The notes under the pieces were generated by a model. That model did no database searches. It worked only from the letters and a program-made list of their open reading frames with translations, and was not told the DNA's origin. From Plasmodiophora brassicae (Eukaryota): a stretch of DNA of 64,000 nucleotides. A program made the position numbers and the translations under genes. Positions 60,747 through 64,000 of the stretch are shown here, piece after piece. Location of the stretch: positions 186,001 through 250,000 of the forward strand of contig CP145428.1 of the NCBI GenBank assembly GCA_036867785.1. The letters are read 5' to 3'. Within the stretch, counting starts at the first letter, position 1, and every line of letters starts with the position of its first letter.

Positions 60747-61921
60747 ATGGTGCAGCCCGGAGGGTTCTGGGTGCGGGCCGGGGCGCTGATGCTGGGGTCG
60801 GTGGCGTTCGGCGCCAGCCTGGGCTGGTTTGTCGCCAGGTCGATGCGCGATCGTCGGCGGCCGCGGAAACCGTGGCGCATCTACCTGATGCGCCACGGCG
60901 AAAGCACCGGCAACGTCGACAGGAACCTGTTCACGTTCGTTCCCGACCACGCTATCCCGCTGACGGTCGGTGGTGTCCGACGCGAAGCCGCGCGTCATCG
61001 TGTGAACGGTGTATTGTGCACAGGGCGAAGGAGCCAGGCAGGCGAGTGCAGCTGGGAAGACACTTCGGGCGATGGTCGGCGACGACGACGTGCGGTTCTG
61101 GGTGAGCCCGTACCAACGCGCCCGCCAGACGTTCGACCTCGTCGCGACCCATTTCGACGCCGGGAAGGTCAGCGTCAGGGAAGAGCCGCGCCTCCGCGAG
61201 CAGGACTGGGTGCGTACTCGTTGCCCGCGCCTCTGCGACGATCACTGATGCGCCCGGTGCTCGCGCAGGGCAACTTCCAGGACTGCGAGATCATCGCCGA
61301 GTGCAGGCGACTGCGCCGGAAGTTCGGCCCGTTCTTCTACCGTCAGTGTCGCCCCCGTGTCGCCCGTTCGTCTCTGTGATTAACGTACGGATCGGCAGGT
61401 ATTCCTGCTGGCGAGTCTGGTAAGGGCGCCCCCGCCCCCAGGCGGCGCGTCCCGATGTGCTAACGCGCCGCCATGGTCACAGGCGCCGACGTGTTCGACC
61501 GCGTCAGCAGTTTCCTGGAGAGCCTGTACCGCGACTTCGACGCCTCCAGAGCGCAGCACGTCGTCCTGATCTCGCATGGGCTCACCGTACCTGGTCCTTT
61601 GTCGTCGTCGCCGTACGCCGGTTTGACCAATGTGTCGTTACCCAGTGCCGGCTGTTCCTCATGCGGTTCCTGCACTGGCCGTTCGAGAAGTTCGAGAGGA
61701 CCAAGAACCTGGACAACTGCGAGATCCTGATCCTCGAACGCCAGGCCGACAATCGATACGCGCTGATCACGCCGGTGGAAGAAACGCCGATGGCGGCCCA
61801 CGACGAGTGGGACGAGTACGCGCGGTGCAAAGACCACCACAATCCGTCATCAGCGTCGTCCCCGCCGGAACCTCTGTCGCCCGCCTCGCGGCATCGCAAG
61901 CTCATATCGAACCTGGTATGA
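60747..61921 (+). CDS. Histidine phosphatase / phosphoglycerate mutase family protein
   Basis: IYLMRHGESTGN, VSPYQRARQT, EEPRLREQD, LISHGL; multi-exon. Confidence 0.92.
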
Positions 61922-62087
61922 TCGTCCGTCGAGCCCGCGCGTTGCCCGGGTCGACAGACTGGCTCCGATCGCGACGCGAGGTTGGCGTCGTCCAGTGCCC
62001 TCGTCGTTGGGATCACGACTCCACCCCGTCCTACTCGATGCAACGCGCCCCTTCCCTGCTCTTCTGCAGGCTGCCACACACAATGTA

Positions 62088-63940
62088 TTACACAGATTGC
62101 CGTTTGTTTCCCACGCCTGTGTGCAACCAATCTCTAACAGGCGGGTCGCCGTTGACTGATGATGTGTCGTCCAACGCGCTGGCGCCGGGCGTTTGTGGCG
62201 TCAGGTCAACAATACGATGCTTTATAGTTGGCATGTTGATTCGCGTTGCGAACGTCGTCGGGATATCTAGCCCGTCTGCTGGGAAGCGCACTGGCGGTTC
62301 TGTGCGATGCCCGCCTGGACGCACGACGCTGTGTACAGACTGGCCGTCTGGACCGGGTGGCCTGGCGACGGGTGCACGATGATGGTGCTGCCGACGTTGC
62401 CGGTCAGCGCGTCTGGAGGGGCAGACGCATGTCAGCCGGGTCCCTTCGAGCACGGAACTGGGTACCTACTCTCACAGCACATGACGTTGCCACCCGTGCT
62501 CTGGTTGGGGCCCATCCACAGGTCGACGTGCTTCTTCCCCGACTTCGCGTCGATGTCACATTGGGCGCAGTCGTCCTCCATGATGTAGTATTTCTGCACG
62601 CCGGGCACGTAGATGATGGTGCCAGGAGCAATCAGCTTGGCAGCACCTGCCACGTCAGAAGGTCACTCAACAGGTTCCCACAGACGAACCGCGTTGTACC
62701 GACCTGCGAAGGTGATCGGATCACTATACGTGCCGGATCCCTCGTGGGCAATCTGGTGCTGCTGTGGTCCCTGGCCTGGATACGAGATGTCGGCACCACC
62801 GTACCCGCCGTCCGACGCCGTGTTGTCGTCGTATCCGTAGAAGGTGATCAGCACGTTCGTCCAGGTCGTCTCGGACGAGGACGGCACTGTCGATGGAGCA
62901 GCACTCGGCGTCGGGCGAGGAGGGCTTGGCGTCGTCGCTGGACCGTCGCCGGCGCCTACATTCGTGCTGCTTGCGCAGGCGCCGGAGACGCAGACCAAAG
63001 CGTCGTCGCAATCGTTTTCTGATGCGCATGTTGCTCCCAGACAGTGGCCAGCCTGCGCCAATGCGAGGTTAACGAACCGCCGAACGCAATGGCGCTGTCC
63101 ATACCCAGAAGCAGGCAGTGGTTCCTCTGGTAGAAGGTGCAGGCGTAACACGAGGGGCGGGTGTTGACGTGGTACTCGGCGCGTTGCTGTTCCCGCAACG
63201 CCCAGAGACGCAGGTCAGCGAATCACTGCAGTCGTCGTCTGATGTGCACGTTGCTCCCGAACAGTGCCCGGCCTAATAAGGGCGGAATTAGCAGATGATG
63301 ACCCGCAGGCAGTGGCTGGTGTCCTTACCCAGGTGCACGTACTGCTCGACGCGCTGCCCAGCGATGGCGGTGGTGTCGAACGGGCGGCGGGCGTTGCTGA
63401 GCTGGGGGCGTGGCTTCCCGCGCAACGTCCGGAGGCACAGATGAGGACGTCGCTGCAATCGTTGTCTGATGAGCACGTTGCACCCAGGCAGTGCCCAGCC
63501 TGATCACGTTCCATTAGTGCAACCGCGTAAGGCACTTCATGGAGTGTCGTTACCCAGGAGCAACTAGGGGATGACGGTGACGGTTTTGACGACGAAGGGG
63601 TTGGCTGCGGAGACCTGGACGGGGACGGTGGCGAAGGAGGCACCGAGCTGGTTCCTCCGCAGACGCGGTTGACGCAGGTCAGGGCACCGTCGCAGTCATC
63701 GTCGGAACCGCACGACGCGCCAGCACAGTGACCAGCCTGTTGTAGCAAACCACGGTCAGACGCCAAACCTGCATGACGATGGTTAACTACCCAAGAACAC
63801 GTATTCGTCGATGGTTTGCTGATCAGCGACGTGGCTAGCTTCTGTAGCGGCGAAGAGGCTTGACGACGTGCTGCTGCAATTGATGATAGTATTAGCAGGG
63901 CGACAGAGAATAGCACTGTCCAGTATATTTGGCGACCCAT
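62088..63940 (-). CDS. Secreted protein with four Cys-rich repeats and C-terminal 3D/RlpA-like domain
   Basis: Signal peptide; 4 x C.W|AGHC.GA.C.S..DC...L.C....C; TFYGYDDN...GSGTYSDPITFA...PGTIIYVP...YYIMEDDCAQC...HVDLW. 3' end approximate. Confidence 0.8.
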
Positions 63941-64000
63941 ACGCGCGCCCCCCAGATAAATGATACAGACTCAAACGATAACAAGCACTTAACAATAACG

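Overview
Eukaryotic DNA, not prokaryotic. Host genes are GC-rich and tightly packed with ~50-65 nt GT-AG introns, and include a flagellar gene (CFAP45), 14-3-3, UBC9 and tandem 7TM receptors. This resembles a plasmodiophorid such as Plasmodiophora brassicae, which is an inference. Positions 1-~18.3 kb are a transposon nest. A Ty3/gypsy chromovirus is split in frame by a CACTG-ended CACTA/En-Spm DNA transposon (3035-13724, 13-bp TIR, AAT TSD). The transposase of that element is itself split in frame by an intact Ty3/gypsy element with identical 176-bp LTRs (5924-11188, GGCT TSD). Next come a Penelope-like RT relic, a transposase N-terminal fragment, and a Crypton-type tyrosine recombinase gene. 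That gene has CACTA-like end structures and is interrupted at its catalytic Arg by an odd insert made of three inverted tRNA-like (A-box/B-box) heads. Positions 18.4-64 kb hold host genes: a secreted F-box-like/ankyrin protein, importin-7-like, CFAP45, two 7TM paralogs, FoP-domain protein, non-specific endonuclease, 14-3-3, MCM9, METTL26-like, an intronless secreted TolB-like propeller next to a TE relic, a degenerate kinesin, LENG1-like, LKR/SDH, UBC9, a membrane PDE, a histidine phosphatase, and a secreted 4x Cys-repeat protein. All calls come from reading motifs by eye; no searches were run, and exon boundaries are partly approximate.
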